This document shows, piece after piece, positions 26,987 to 36,785 of a DNA stretch of 50,419 nt. Position 1 is the stretch's first letter, and the number at the start of each line of letters is the position of its first letter. Under the pieces are notes generated by a model. That model ran no database searches. It saw only the letters and a list, made by a program, of their open reading frames with translations, and was not told the DNA's origin. The translations under genes and the position numbers were made by a program. This stretch comes from a virus, in IMG/VR virus record IMGVR_UViG_3300045199_000074; one strand, written 5' to 3'.

Positions 26987-28738
26987 TCAGGCAGCGTCGC
27001 GATCAACTTCCTCCAAGGAAGAACCGATAATTGCATCTTCGATGATTACGGTGGCGCGTCTCTTGCCACCAAAGCTGTCGATACGTGCCGTGCCGTAGAT
27101 GTCGACATAATGGCCTTCACATGTTGCCAAAGCATCCCCGAGCGGAGTTCCAATCGCATTCCACATCATAGCTTCCGTATCATTTCCACCTTCTGAGATG
27201 AAAAGCTTCACATGGAGCTCTTTCATAATACGAACTGATTTCACAAGGCCATTGAGAACTGCCACGCGTGGTTTTGGATTTTTCATTCCAAATGGTTCAA
27301 GCGTTTCGAGGGCTTCGACCAGAGCAGGATTGAGCGCTCCTGCTTTGAAGGCGAGGTCAATTTCAGTTGCAGGATGCTGGAAACCAACAGCGCGTTCGCA
27401 CAGGAACTTACGCAGGTCATCAATTCTCTCAGGGAGAACAGTCAGTCCTGCTGCCGCTGCGTGGCCGCCACCTTTGAGCAGAATTTTGGCTTCTCTTGCT
27501 GCAATCACTGCTCCACCAATGTCGAAACCGTCTACAGCCCGACATGATGCGGAACCACCTGCTCCAATGATAACGGTCGGCTTGTCGAGAGCATCCTTTA
27601 CCTTAGATGCGACCAAGCCAACTACACCAGGATGCCAGTCAGGATTATAAAGAACGATTACGCCGTCCTGACCTCGTTCTTTGCCCATATCGATAGCAGT
27701 CTGCATTGCCGCTTTTTGAATTTCTTGACGTTCCTTATTGGTTTCGACCAAGGTCTGAGCAATTTGCTCAACTTCATTTTCGTCATTCGACCATAGGAGA
27801 TATGTACCTTGACGTGTGTCGCCAATACGGCCTGCCGCATTGATGCATGGCCCAAAAACGAAACCGCATGTTGTTGCAGTATATCCTGCGTCACCATTGG
27901 CGATATTGAGTGCGCGAATACCAGGAATGCGTTCCATCAATGGTAGGCCAACAGCTACGTAAGCTCGGTTCAATCCAACGAGAGGAACAAGGTCAGCAAC
28001 CGTGCCGAGGGCTACGATACCTAGCCATTGCATGAGATTGATTTCTGGATGTTCAGGTGTGAAGAACCCACGATTTCTCATTTCGCGCTGGACACCAACC
28101 AGAAACAAGAATGCTAGCCCAGCCGTGCATAAATAATCGAATTTACGATCTTCGTCACGTCGTTTCGGATTAACAAGAATGCCTGGAGGGTCTAAGTCAT
28201 CGGGTTCATGGTGATCAATAATTACGATTTCCATGCCAAGGTCTGCTGCAACACCGAGTGGACCATGAGCTGTGGTCCCGCTATCAAGGCACAGAAGATA
28301 CTCAATACCTTCCTCTCCATGTACCCGTCGAATAGCATCTGCATTGGGGCCATATCCTTCTGCAAGACGATCTGGGATATAATAAAGAACTTTCGAATAT
28401 CCCATGCTGGTTAGCCAGCGGAGTACGAGTGACGTTGATGTTGCTCCGTCGACGTCATAGTCCCCATAAATCATAATTTTCTTATTCGCCTGAACGGCGT
28501 TACAAAAACTCTCTACAGCCTCTTTCATGGACTTTAGATGATAGGGATCAGGCATTTCAGTCCTGATTGCAGGAGAAAAAAATCGCTCTGGATTAAAACC
28601 GCGCGCACTGGCAACGCTTGTGGCGAGAGGATGAATTCCATCGATAGGAGTGCTATCAACGAGTTTCTTAATAGACCAAGATCGGCCCTTTACTGATTTT
28701 TCGCCACAAAAATTGGCGTCATCTCTATCAATAAGCAT
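26987..28738 (-). CDS. recJ: Single-stranded-DNA-specific exonuclease RecJ
   Basis: YGDYDVDG, YIPDR..EGYG, IIDHH, LGTVAD, INAAGR, WHPGVVG and GGGHAAAAG. Confidence 0.95.
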   Translation of the reverse strand: MLIDRDDANFCGEKSVKGRSWSIKKLVDSTPIDGIHPLATSVASARGFNPERFFSPAIRTEMPDPYHLKSMKEAVESFCNAVQANKKIMIYGDYDVDGATSTSLVLRWLTSMGYSKVLYYIPDRLAEGYGPNADAIRRVHGEEGIEYLLCLDSGTTAHGPLGVAADLGMEIVIIDHHEPDDLDPPGILVNPKRRDEDRKFDYLCTAGLAFLFLVGVQREMRNRGFFTPEHPEINLMQWLGIVALGTVADLVPLVGLNRAYVAVGLPLMERIPGIRALNIANGDAGYTATTCGFVFGPCINAAGRIGDTRQGTYLLWSNDENEVEQIAQTLVETNKERQEIQKAAMQTAIDMGKERGQDGVIVLYNPDWHPGVVGLVASKVKDALDKPTVIIGAGGSASCRAVDGFDIGGAVIAAREAKILLKGGGHAAAAGLTVLPERIDDLRKFLCERAVGFQHPATEIDLAFKAGALNPALVEALETLEPFGMKNPKPRVAVLNGLVKSVRIMKELHVKLFISEGGNDTEAMMWNAIGTPLGDALATCEGHYVDIYGTARIDSFGGKRRATVIIEDAIIGSSLEEVDRDAA

Positions 28739-28776
28739 TTAATACTCCATTTCAAATTGTTGGCACATTTAATTTA

Positions 28777-29136
28777 TTAATTATTCAAAGTCAAACGATC
28801 ACGCTTTTTATTTTTCCTCATTATTATTGTCTTTTCGGCGTCCTTCGCATGGTTTGAACATATTTCTGCGTGAAATTGTCCGCTTAAATTAATTCTAGGT
28901 CTTTTTTTTGCAACGCTTTGTAAATAAGCAGTTGATCGTGTCCATATTGATAAAAATATTCTAATATTATTGGCAGTTGTCTCTTGAGACGCCTCCGCCA
29001 ATATATCCTTCATAATGCCGACTTTAAGCGGCGATCTTTTTCCTTCTGCAGGAAATGCCTGCGGATATTTTTTGATCATTTCACGGCGCATTTCCTTATA
29101 AATTCGGAAGCGCTTTGATGTTTTAATTTTTTTCAT
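28777..29136 (-). CDS. ProQ/FinO-family RNA chaperone
   Basis: YPQAF...PLKVGI..DI...IR.FLS.WTRSTAYL.....PRINLSG. Start ATG 29136, 1 nt after the uvrD stop. Confidence 0.85.
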   Translation of the reverse strand: MKKIKTSKRFRIYKEMRREMIKKYPQAFPAEGKRSPLKVGIMKDILAEASQETTANNIRIFLSIWTRSTAYLQSVAKKRPRINLSGQFHAEICSNHAKDAEKTIIMRKNKKRDRLTLNN

Positions 29137-29137
29137 A

Positions 29138-30982
29138 TTAACGCTCTTCAGGTGGAATGAGGCTTTTACCACCACGTCTTCTGTAGACTTTTGGCATTGC
29201 ATTCAATTGTGCGGGTTGTTCTATTTTTTGTGGTGTGTCTTTTGATGGCGGTTGAGACTTTTCCGAATAATTTTCGCCTCCTGTCCAGATTACTGCGCCT
29301 GTTGGTGCTTTGGATATTTCCGCAAGGTATGGAGAAGGTGTTTGGCTTTTCCCAAAACGGAATTTAGAGAATGTGATATCGACAGCACCTTTGGAGCGGG
29401 TTATTGCGACATAGAATAGCCTGCGTTCTTCCTCTTGATCTTCTGATCGATGATGAGGCATTAATGTTGCTTCGGCACCTGCAAGGAAGATGTGTCTCCA
29501 CTCAAGGCCTTTTGATGAATGAATTGTCGATATCGAAATTCCATCACTTTCTGAGGTGGAGCTTTTAGCACTCATTTCGTTTATGTGGCCAATGAATGCC
29601 GTGGCGCTATGAAATGTGGCGGCGATACCAGCAGCTGCTTCACAAGCATCAGACCATAGTGCGGCTCTTTCTCCCGTCACTCCTTGAGGAGGCTGATCTC
29701 CAATGAGGCGACCTACTGAACTGGCGGTTTCCTTCGGAGAAGAACCTTTCATGGTGTTTACAAGGTCCAAAGCGCCTTTAAAGCGGGAAACATTTCGTCC
29801 AGCTTGTCCTTGTTCAATCGCATTTAACATGTCCGAAATAGCAGTAATTTCTGGAAGTTCCCAGAAGCTCTGACTGCCGGACAAGGAAAAAGGAATGTCT
29901 TTGGCCTCAAAAGCTTGCTGTATGGCTGGCGTGACTGACGAAGTGCGGATTAGCACAGCAATATCTTTTGGTTTCGCCCCTTGTTTTAGATAGCGTTCAA
30001 TAGATGATGCTATCCATTCCGCTTCGTCTTTTTCCGTGCGGAATGGGCGAATGCGAACAGCATAGTTTTTGTTATGTGGTCGAGATGGTTTCAGCACCTT
30101 TCGAACGCGATTAACGTTGTTGGATATATTGACGTTGGCAGCGGCAATGATTGCAGGATCGCACCGATAATTGACAACGAGGGTGTAGGTTTTTGCATTT
30201 TTGAAAAATTGCTCGAAGTGAACCGTGTAGCGGACATTCCCGCCTCTCCATCCGTATAAAGCCTGATCATCATCAGCCACAGCCCAAATCGTCGTACCTG
30301 CTGCTGCAAGAGCTTGAAGAAATTCGACTTGCGACCTGTTCACGTCCTGGAATTCGTCGACCAATGCGTGAAGAATCCGGGTTTTGATGAAATCAATGAC
30401 TTCTTGTGACGTCTGCATGATTTGAAGAGATTTCGTCACAAGGTCTGAGAAGTCCAAATCACCTTTTTTGGCTAAGGCGTCTTCATAGGTTCGATAATGC
30501 TCGGCAGCGAGGCTCAACACTGAATTTCCTTTGCGGGAAGCTTCTGCCATAGCTTCGTCAGGTGAAATAAGTGAATCCTTCCATCGTCCTATGATGTCTG
30601 TAATATCGCCATCGTCGGCATCCCAAATTATTCCAGCTTTTATAATTAGCTCTTTCTGAGCAGATGGGTCCAGAACCTTAAAGTTTTTCTTAAGATTGGC
30701 TGCTTCATTGAAACGACGCAGAAGACGGAGGCATAATCCGTGAAAGGTACCAATCCAAGCCGAAGAAGGAGCGTTTTTACCAAGTCTTGCTTTAAGTTCT
30801 TCCGCAGCCTTTGTAGTGAACGTTGAAACAAGAATATGTTCGCTTGCTATACCCCGTGAGCGGAGAAATGAATGGCGAGCAACAAGCGTGCTTGTTTTAC
30901 CAGTACCTGGCCCTGCCAGAACGACGGCATGACCAGATATATGGGATGCTGCTGCTCGCTGTTCCTGATTAAGACCCGACAT
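29138..30982 (-). CDS. uvrD: UvrD/PcrA/Rep-family SF1A DNA helicase
   Basis: LNQEQ, LAGPGTGKT, TFTTKAA, GTFH, LVDEFQD, DDDQALYGWRG, NYR, STIHSSKGLEW and EEERRLFYVAITR. Confidence 0.93.
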   Translation of the reverse strand: MSGLNQEQRAAASHISGHAVVLAGPGTGKTSTLVARHSFLRSRGIASEHILVSTFTTKAAEELKARLGKNAPSSAWIGTFHGLCLRLLRRFNEAANLKKNFKVLDPSAQKELIIKAGIIWDADDGDITDIIGRWKDSLISPDEAMAEASRKGNSVLSLAAEHYRTYEDALAKKGDLDFSDLVTKSLQIMQTSQEVIDFIKTRILHALVDEFQDVNRSQVEFLQALAAAGTTIWAVADDDQALYGWRGGNVRYTVHFEQFFKNAKTYTLVVNYRCDPAIIAAANVNISNNVNRVRKVLKPSRPHNKNYAVRIRPFRTEKDEAEWIASSIERYLKQGAKPKDIAVLIRTSSVTPAIQQAFEAKDIPFSLSGSQSFWELPEITAISDMLNAIEQGQAGRNVSRFKGALDLVNTMKGSSPKETASSVGRLIGDQPPQGVTGERAALWSDACEAAAGIAATFHSATAFIGHINEMSAKSSTSESDGISISTIHSSKGLEWRHIFLAGAEATLMPHHRSEDQEEERRLFYVAITRSKGAVDITFSKFRFGKSQTPSPYLAEISKAPTGAVIWTGGENYSEKSQPPSKDTPQKIEQPAQLNAMPKVYRRRGGKSLIPPEER

Positions 30983-31148
30983 AATATCTCCGGTTGGATT
31001 CCAATTATTAATATGCTCTTTGCATAACAGGAAAGTGTCAACTGATTTTGCTTGATAATTATTGCTTATTAAAATTATTAATTAAAATAGCGGTTGCAAT
31101 TTAATTGAATATTTGGCATCGATAGCATCTATTTAAGGAGATAAATTA

Positions 31149-31955
31149 ATGTTAGGTGCAATCTGTGGCGATGTAATTGGGCGTCCATATGAATTTGAAT
31201 ATCCGATCCGCTCGAAGGAATTCGAGCTTTTTCGTGATAATTCTCGTTTCTCGGATGACACCGTTCTTACTGCTGCGATTGCGTATGCCGCTATGTCTGG
31301 AACGAGTTATGAAGATGCGCTGGTCGAATTCGGATTGAGGCACATTGAAGATGGCTTTGGAAAAGGCTTCAAGGCTTGGCTTCTTAATTCTGAAAGAGGT
31401 CAAGGCGATTCATATGGAAACGGATCTGCAATGCGTGTGAGCGCCATTGGTTGGCTCGCTGATAGTGTTGACGATGCAATCATCATGGCGACCGAAAGCG
31501 CCATGCCTTCTCATTCTCATCCGGAAGGCATCAAGGGTGCTGTTGCGGTAGCTGTAGCAGTCCGGCTCGCCGTAGAGGGGAGGTTTAACGAGATTAAAGA
31601 CGTTGTTACCGACCTGACAGGATACGATCTTGATCGGAGAGTGGACGACATCCGTTGGAATTACCCGCGTTTCAAAACCACCTGTCCTGATAGTGTTCCG
31701 GAAGCCATCATCTGTGCGCTAGAAGCGACATCGTTTGAAGACGCTGTACGAAACGCTGTTTCCCTTGGTAATGATGCTGATACGCAAGCGGCAATTGCTG
31801 GTGCAATCGTTGAGCCGAAGTTTGGTATTCCTGACGACATCCTGCAGCGTTGTGTAGAGAAGCTTACGCCTGACATCGATGCAGTTCTCTCAACATTTCT
31901 TGTTCGCACATTCCCTCTCAGGGAATGTATCAGATCGAGAATTATTGGAAATTAA
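31149..31955 (+). CDS. ADP-ribosylglycohydrolase (ARH/DraG family)
   Basis: GAICGDVIG.PYEF, FSDDT, SYGNGSAMRVS, SHSHPEG and SLGNDADT. Confidence 0.92.
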   Translation: MLGAICGDVIGRPYEFEYPIRSKEFELFRDNSRFSDDTVLTAAIAYAAMSGTSYEDALVEFGLRHIEDGFGKGFKAWLLNSERGQGDSYGNGSAMRVSAIGWLADSVDDAIIMATESAMPSHSHPEGIKGAVAVAVAVRLAVEGRFNEIKDVVTDLTGYDLDRRVDDIRWNYPRFKTTCPDSVPEAIICALEATSFEDAVRNAVSLGNDADTQAAIAGAIVEPKFGIPDDILQRCVEKLTPDIDAVLSTFLVRTFPLRECIRSRIIGN

Positions 31956-32070
31956 AATGCGTAAAATAAAAATGGTCTGAGTATTATGTTCGTCCACTTT
32001 TTTCTTGATCAGGACCAATTCTGGTGCCACTCTCTATAAGAATATGGTTTTGATTTATGAAGGGCAGAAA

Positions 32071-32805
32071 ATGTTCTCGAAAATAGATGAATCACTTAAG
32101 TCTTTGGAAGAATCTTTTTATAATTTTGCTTCTGTAATTACGGCTCAAAGTGAGCGCATGAATTCACGAATTATGGAACTACGGGTTGAGAAGTCGGTTC
32201 TAAACGCTGATAGCGTTACAGCTGAAATTAATGATCTCAATTTTAAAGACGAGTACTTGGAATATTTTGCGCATGAGTCTCATCGTATAAAGAACAAGTT
32301 GCATGAAGATCTCCTGGTATATGAAAAATCCAGAGACGCTACTAAAGCGGCTATTACGACTGCGAACACTGGTCAGGACAGCAATGGTTGGCTTGGACGT
32401 CTGCTTGGACGACAAAAGGATGTCATTCAGAATGATCCTGAGTTGAACGATAATCAGATAGAAGAATATAAAAATAATTACAAAGTTAGGCTAAATAAAG
32501 TTTCTTCATTAGTAGAAGAATTGGAAAAAATCATAACTGGCTTGACTTCATCTCTCTTAAAATGGAGTTTCCACTTTAAGGAACGTGTCGTCGATCTCAG
32601 TTTTGAAGGATATGAAAAGAATCTGATTGAGATATCTCTGTGTGAGAGCCTTGTTTCTATATTCTCTCATCATGCAGCAAAATATCCAAACCAGCCTTTC
32701 AAAATTTCTCATATAGTAGCTTCTAATATTGATTCAGACCAGCTTCTGGACGACGAGATTGGCGATGCGCTCTCAGAATCGTTGCAGGAAATGTTCCTGG
32801 ATTAG
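32071..32805 (+). CDS. Hypothetical coiled-coil protein
   Basis: Helical ORF containing GWLGRLLG. Start placed at ATG 32071. Confidence 0.6.
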   Translation: MFSKIDESLKSLEESFYNFASVITAQSERMNSRIMELRVEKSVLNADSVTAEINDLNFKDEYLEYFAHESHRIKNKLHEDLLVYEKSRDATKAAITTANTGQDSNGWLGRLLGRQKDVIQNDPELNDNQIEEYKNNYKVRLNKVSSLVEELEKIITGLTSSLLKWSFHFKERVVDLSFEGYEKNLIEISLCESLVSIFSHHAAKYPNQPFKISHIVASNIDSDQLLDDEIGDALSESLQEMFLD

Positions 32806-33227
32806 TCGGTTTCAGGGGCTATATTCTTCAAAAACTCTTTTGCCCACGCTTCAAAAGTTGATCCGTGGGCAACGCTATTCATTCCCTGTTGAACAAATTC
32901 ATGAAATTCAGGTTTTTCTTTTTTGTAAAGATTTGCAATTGCCCCAGTAATTGCCTGCCATATATAAGCTCTCGCAGGGTGTTCCTGTTCTGATGCCCAT
33001 TCATTGATCATGATTGCTACTTCTTCATGTCGCAGCCGTCGCCCATGAATTCTTAATCTTGTTTTGTAATACTCATGGTGTAAAGAAAACGGGAATCTGG
33101 CATGCCTTGTCCTTAACCCAAGATCGGGCAGCGAGGACATAGTTCGAAGAATTGTATCTTCTATATATTCCATATTCTCTTTATCTATTCGTAGTGAATT
33201 ATTGTTCATAATCAGCGACCTTTTCAT
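32802..33227 (-). CDS. Hypothetical protein
   Basis: 141-aa ORF. The start may be the downstream MNNN ATG. Confidence 0.6.
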   Translation of the reverse strand: MKRSLIMNNNSLRIDKENMEYIEDTILRTMSSLPDLGLRTRHARFPFSLHHEYYKTRLRIHGRRLRHEEVAIMINEWASEQEHPARAYIWQAITGAIANLYKKEKPEFHEFVQQGMNSVAHGSTFEAWAKEFLKNIAPETD

Positions 33228-33319
33228 CCATATTGGCTATGTCTCCTTTGGGTTTCAATACATTTTTGTGGTTTTCTAACATTCATATTAAATATATTTT
33301 ACGGTTTGGAGAAAAATTT

Positions 33320-34030
33320 ATGTCTCTTAGCGATTGGGAAAATGGGGAATTCACTATTCCGCAGGATGATTGGATTTCTATTTCAAACAAAATTCGTAAC
33401 GAGATGAACGAACTTCACGCTCGTCAATTTGAATTAGCGAAATTGCTTTATGAACGTCTCGTTACATTGGCTAAAATTGATAACGATATGGATATTAATG
33501 ATACGGCTTTTGATGAAATTGAGAAACTTCGCTTACCTGAGAATCCATGGGCTGTTAAACCGAATAAAAATCTATCAGAACAGGACGAGGCAACTGTCGT
33601 TTGGTCTTTATCTAAATATTGTCTACAATCTAATCGCACAATACTTGTTAGGCCGACACAGAAGCTGTTTCCAAGACTAGGTGCTAATGTTAATGAGTTT
33701 TCCAATGTCTATTGTTCTTTGTCATTGGACAATAATGAGCGAAAAATATATTGGTCAGTACCGAAGTCTAAGAATGCCTGCAAGGATGCAAGAAATACGG
33801 CATTGGGTAATATTCTGTTCAAATCACTGGATGAGGTTAAATGGACGAGTGGGTTTGGTGGCCGTATTTGGGGAAGCGACGAATACCGTGATGATGCCAA
33901 TCATGAAGATGGGTTTGGTTCGGATTCTTTTGATAAATGCACGTGGGGTACAAAAGAAACAAGATCACCATTGGTAGAGGACTATGGAATTACAGATGAG
34001 TTTAGTACAGACAACAGCTATAGAAGGTAA
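33320..34030 (+). CDS. Hypothetical protein
   Basis: Start ATG 33320 after GGAG. Motifs WSVP.SKNAC and VKWT..GG..WGSDEY look conserved. Confidence 0.7.
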   Translation: MSLSDWENGEFTIPQDDWISISNKIRNEMNELHARQFELAKLLYERLVTLAKIDNDMDINDTAFDEIEKLRLPENPWAVKPNKNLSEQDEATVVWSLSKYCLQSNRTILVRPTQKLFPRLGANVNEFSNVYCSLSLDNNERKIYWSVPKSKNACKDARNTALGNILFKSLDEVKWTSGFGGRIWGSDEYRDDANHEDGFGSDSFDKCTWGTKETRSPLVEDYGITDEFSTDNSYRR

Positions 34031-34035
34031 TTGAT

Positions 34036-34608
34036 ATGGATGATTTGATAATAGCAAAGCAATATACCGAGTCATTTGCTCGACGAGACAAGTTGGAGAG
34101 CCAGCAAAGGGATTATGTGCTTCGGAATATTGACGATTATAATCGATTTTACGATCTTGCAACCAAACTTTCAGCAGAAAAAGCCAGGGAGCTTTTGCCT
34201 AAGGAAGCTGCAATCGTTGATGAGATTGAATTTGGAACAGAAGCTGTTCTTAATGCTCGCAATACCGCTTATGAGAGCTTGGGATTATGCATGATAGATA
34301 AGATGAAACAGGTTAGTATGCAACCTGTTGACCGTTCACGTGGAATCGCGCAGTTGCTTATTGATGCACTCCAGGAAGTCAATCAGTTTCGATTGGAGCA
34401 CTTGGACCACAAAGATAGTAAGTTCGATATGGTGATTGAACATGGAGCTGGCTTTCAAGCATCTGAGAAGGATCGTTTGCTCAATCGCTTGATCGCAACA
34501 TGGGCTAAAGCATCGCGCGTTCCATTGAAAACCTTAAAAGCCGACGTTCAAAACTGGATCAAGTTTAATTCCAACCTACCGGAGATAACCAATCTCACAA
34601 ATCGCTGA
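34036..34608 (+). CDS. Hypothetical protein
   Basis: 190-aa ORF starting 5 nt after the previous stop. Confidence 0.65.
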   Translation: MDDLIIAKQYTESFARRDKLESQQRDYVLRNIDDYNRFYDLATKLSAEKARELLPKEAAIVDEIEFGTEAVLNARNTAYESLGLCMIDKMKQVSMQPVDRSRGIAQLLIDALQEVNQFRLEHLDHKDSKFDMVIEHGAGFQASEKDRLLNRLIATWAKASRVPLKTLKADVQNWIKFNSNLPEITNLTNR

Positions 34609-35176
34609 CGTCAATCTCCGCACCTGGTAACGTAACGCCGATGTCTTTGTCGGCATTTAGAATTCCTGCGTCTCTAAGTTCTTTTATATCTGGCAAATCA
34701 TCAAAGCTTTTTAAATCGAACTGTTGCAGGAATTTGTTGGTCGCGACAAACGTCAATGGGTTTCCCGGCGTTTGTCTTCGCGGACCTGGCCTGATCCATT
34801 CCGACCAAAGAAGCAAATCCAGTATAGCCCTAGCAACAGTCACTCCTCGGATACGTTCAATCTCCGGTCGTGTTACTGGTTGAAAATATGCAATGGTGAC
34901 CAGTGTCTCTAAGGATGCGTTGGTTAGTTTGATGGGTTTTCGCAAAAATTTGCGGCACAAATCTGAGCATTCCGGTTTTGATCTGATTGTCCAGCCACCT
35001 GCGACCTCCACGATCTGCAAAGAGCGGGTTTCGTATTCGTCTGCCAGCTTTATTAAGCATTCCTCGATATTAAGTCCGAGTGGAAGCCGTTGACGAAGCT
35101 CGTCCTTGGAAACAGGGGTTCTTGATGAGAATAAGATGGTTTCGATCAGATGATGATCCTGAATGCTTTCACTCAT
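34595..35176 (-). CDS. scpB: Segregation and condensation protein B
   Basis: IETILF, EVAGGW, LETLVTIAYFQPVTRPEIERIRGV, PGNP..F..T..FL..F.L....DLP. Confidence 0.93.
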   Translation of the reverse strand: MSESIQDHHLIETILFSSRTPVSKDELRQRLPLGLNIEECLIKLADEYETRSLQIVEVAGGWTIRSKPECSDLCRKFLRKPIKLTNASLETLVTIAYFQPVTRPEIERIRGVTVARAILDLLLWSEWIRPGPRRQTPGNPLTFVATNKFLQQFDLKSFDDLPDIKELRDAGILNADKDIGVTLPGAEIDVSDL

Positions 35177-35918
35177 GCCCTTTCCTCTTCACATAGATTG
35201 GTTCCATTAAGTCCGACTGTTTGATTTCTGCTAATCCATTTCGTGCCAGTTCAAGCGTGCCAATCAAACTTGTTGCGATATTGGATCGGAGACGAAGTCC
35301 AGTGGATTTCGGTATCAAATTGACCAGATTTGTCCATTCCATAGGCATATCAGATTTAAGTCTGGATATTGCTTCGTCTACTGATGCGAGATCGAAAGGT
35401 TTCAGAATACGCGGTTCCGGCGTAAAATACGGTTCTTTCGGTTTGGGATAGGCAGCAAGAAAATCGTGGAATGATATATTTATTCGATTGCTTTGAACAC
35501 TTGCACCACCAGCACCGCCAGGTCCAAACCAATCTTTGTTAAGGATTACCTGCTTTTGTATTTTTTCTGCCGCTGTTTTTACAGCATCTAATCTCTTTAA
35601 ATGAAAAGCGAGTGCGTCTTCAGAAAGTTCTTCCTTGCCGTCTGACTTTGGTTGTTTTAATAAAATACGAGATTTCAGATATGTCATCCATGCGGCCATC
35701 ACGAGCCAGTCTGCAGCAAGCTCCATTCTAAGAGCCATAGCTCTGCCAATAACCGCTTCAAACTGCGAAACAAGATCGAGGATATCAATCTGAATGAGGT
35801 CTATTTTCTGCGAACGTGCGAGTTCTAACATTGCTTCAATTGGTCCTTCCCATGCAGAGAATTTGACAATGAAGCGTTGATCTTCCTCATCCGAGTATTT
35901 GTCTTCGAGAAATTCCAA
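35169..35918 (-). CDS. scpA: Segregation and condensation protein A (kleisin)
   Basis: WEGPIEAMLELARSQKIDL, AADWLVMAAWMTYLKSRILL, and C-terminal LELARNG...KQ....PIYV. Overlaps the scpB start. Confidence 0.9.
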   Translation of the reverse strand: MEFLEDKYSDEEDQRFIVKFSAWEGPIEAMLELARSQKIDLIQIDILDLVSQFEAVIGRAMALRMELAADWLVMAAWMTYLKSRILLKQPKSDGKEELSEDALAFHLKRLDAVKTAAEKIQKQVILNKDWFGPGGAGGASVQSNRINISFHDFLAAYPKPKEPYFTPEPRILKPFDLASVDEAISRLKSDMPMEWTNLVNLIPKSTGLRLRSNIATSLIGTLELARNGLAEIKQSDLMEPIYVKRKGHE

Positions 35919-35943
35919 CTTTAAGACCTCGTACTAAGTCTAA

Positions 35944-35961
35944 AGGGAGCAAACGCTCCCT
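35944..35961 (-). terminator. Terminator hairpin downstream of the outer-membrane protein gene
   Basis: AGGGAGC-aaac-GCTCCCT. Confidence 0.5.
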
Positions 35962-35990
35962 CACTTAATTTTGTGTCAGCCTATTATGTT

Positions 35991-36524
35991 TTAAAAGCGG
36001 ATTGCTAGACCTACTGTTGTTTTCAGGTCTTTGATCTTCACGGCATCTTTCTTGAGACGCGCCTGGCTGATTTCTGTACGAACTGAGATGTTCTTCTGAA
36101 CCTTTGTTTCAACGCCTGCGCCATAGCGGAAACCGTCGAAGTCTTCCTTGTCGTTGCCGATCTCTACGAGAGCTCTTTCATAACCAACCAGACCATATCC
36201 CAGATACTGAGGCGAGAATTCATAACCAACTCGACCTGTAACGCCGTACCCAATTTCCTTTTTAACCTTTTCGTTATCGATCTTCAGGTCAAAACCACTG
36301 AAATCTAGATTTGCTTCACCACCGAGGTAGACCTTATTAAAGGTTTTGCCATAGCCCGCGTTTAAACGGCCTGCAAACGCATTATCCTTTTCTCCATCGA
36401 TTTTGGTACGGTTGTACATCCCGTCAACGCCTGCATAGAAACCATCAAATGCGCCGTCAGCATGTGCGGTAGCCCCCATAAGAAGCAAAGTAGCAGATGC
36501 AATAATGAGTTTATTCATATACAT
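35991..36524 (-). CDS. Outer-membrane 8-stranded beta-barrel protein (Omp25/RopB-like)
   Basis: Signal peptide ending TAHA, FDGFYAG, GYG, YGAGVE, and a terminal Phe (LAIRF). Confidence 0.85.
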   Translation of the reverse strand: MYMNKLIIASATLLLMGATAHADGAFDGFYAGVDGMYNRTKIDGEKDNAFAGRLNAGYGKTFNKVYLGGEANLDFSGFDLKIDNEKVKKEIGYGVTGRVGYEFSPQYLGYGLVGYERALVEIGNDKEDFDGFRYGAGVETKVQKNISVRTEISQARLKKDAVKIKDLKTTVGLAIRF

Positions 36525-36785
36525 ATTCCTTTTTTCACATTATGCCCTGCACATTCTTTGCATGGCTATTATTTATGGTTGATGACTATATAAATACTGT
36601 CAACTTAATTCGAATTCGTTTTAAGGGTGGCCTACATTTTAATAGGTCATATGTTGCATATTAAGGCAAATTACGGACGATAAAAGGTCATATATGGCCT
36701 GTTAAAATGTAAGATGATGCTTAACATTTCTTTCTTTCATCTCCGGTATGTATTGTAAATTTGATACTTCATTCGGGGATAACAT

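Noticed and set aside
34595-35918. Wadjet (JetABCD) or MksBEF system
   Set aside because: The sequences carry canonical ScpA/ScpB motifs, and no SMC-like JetC or Toprim JetD gene is adjacent.
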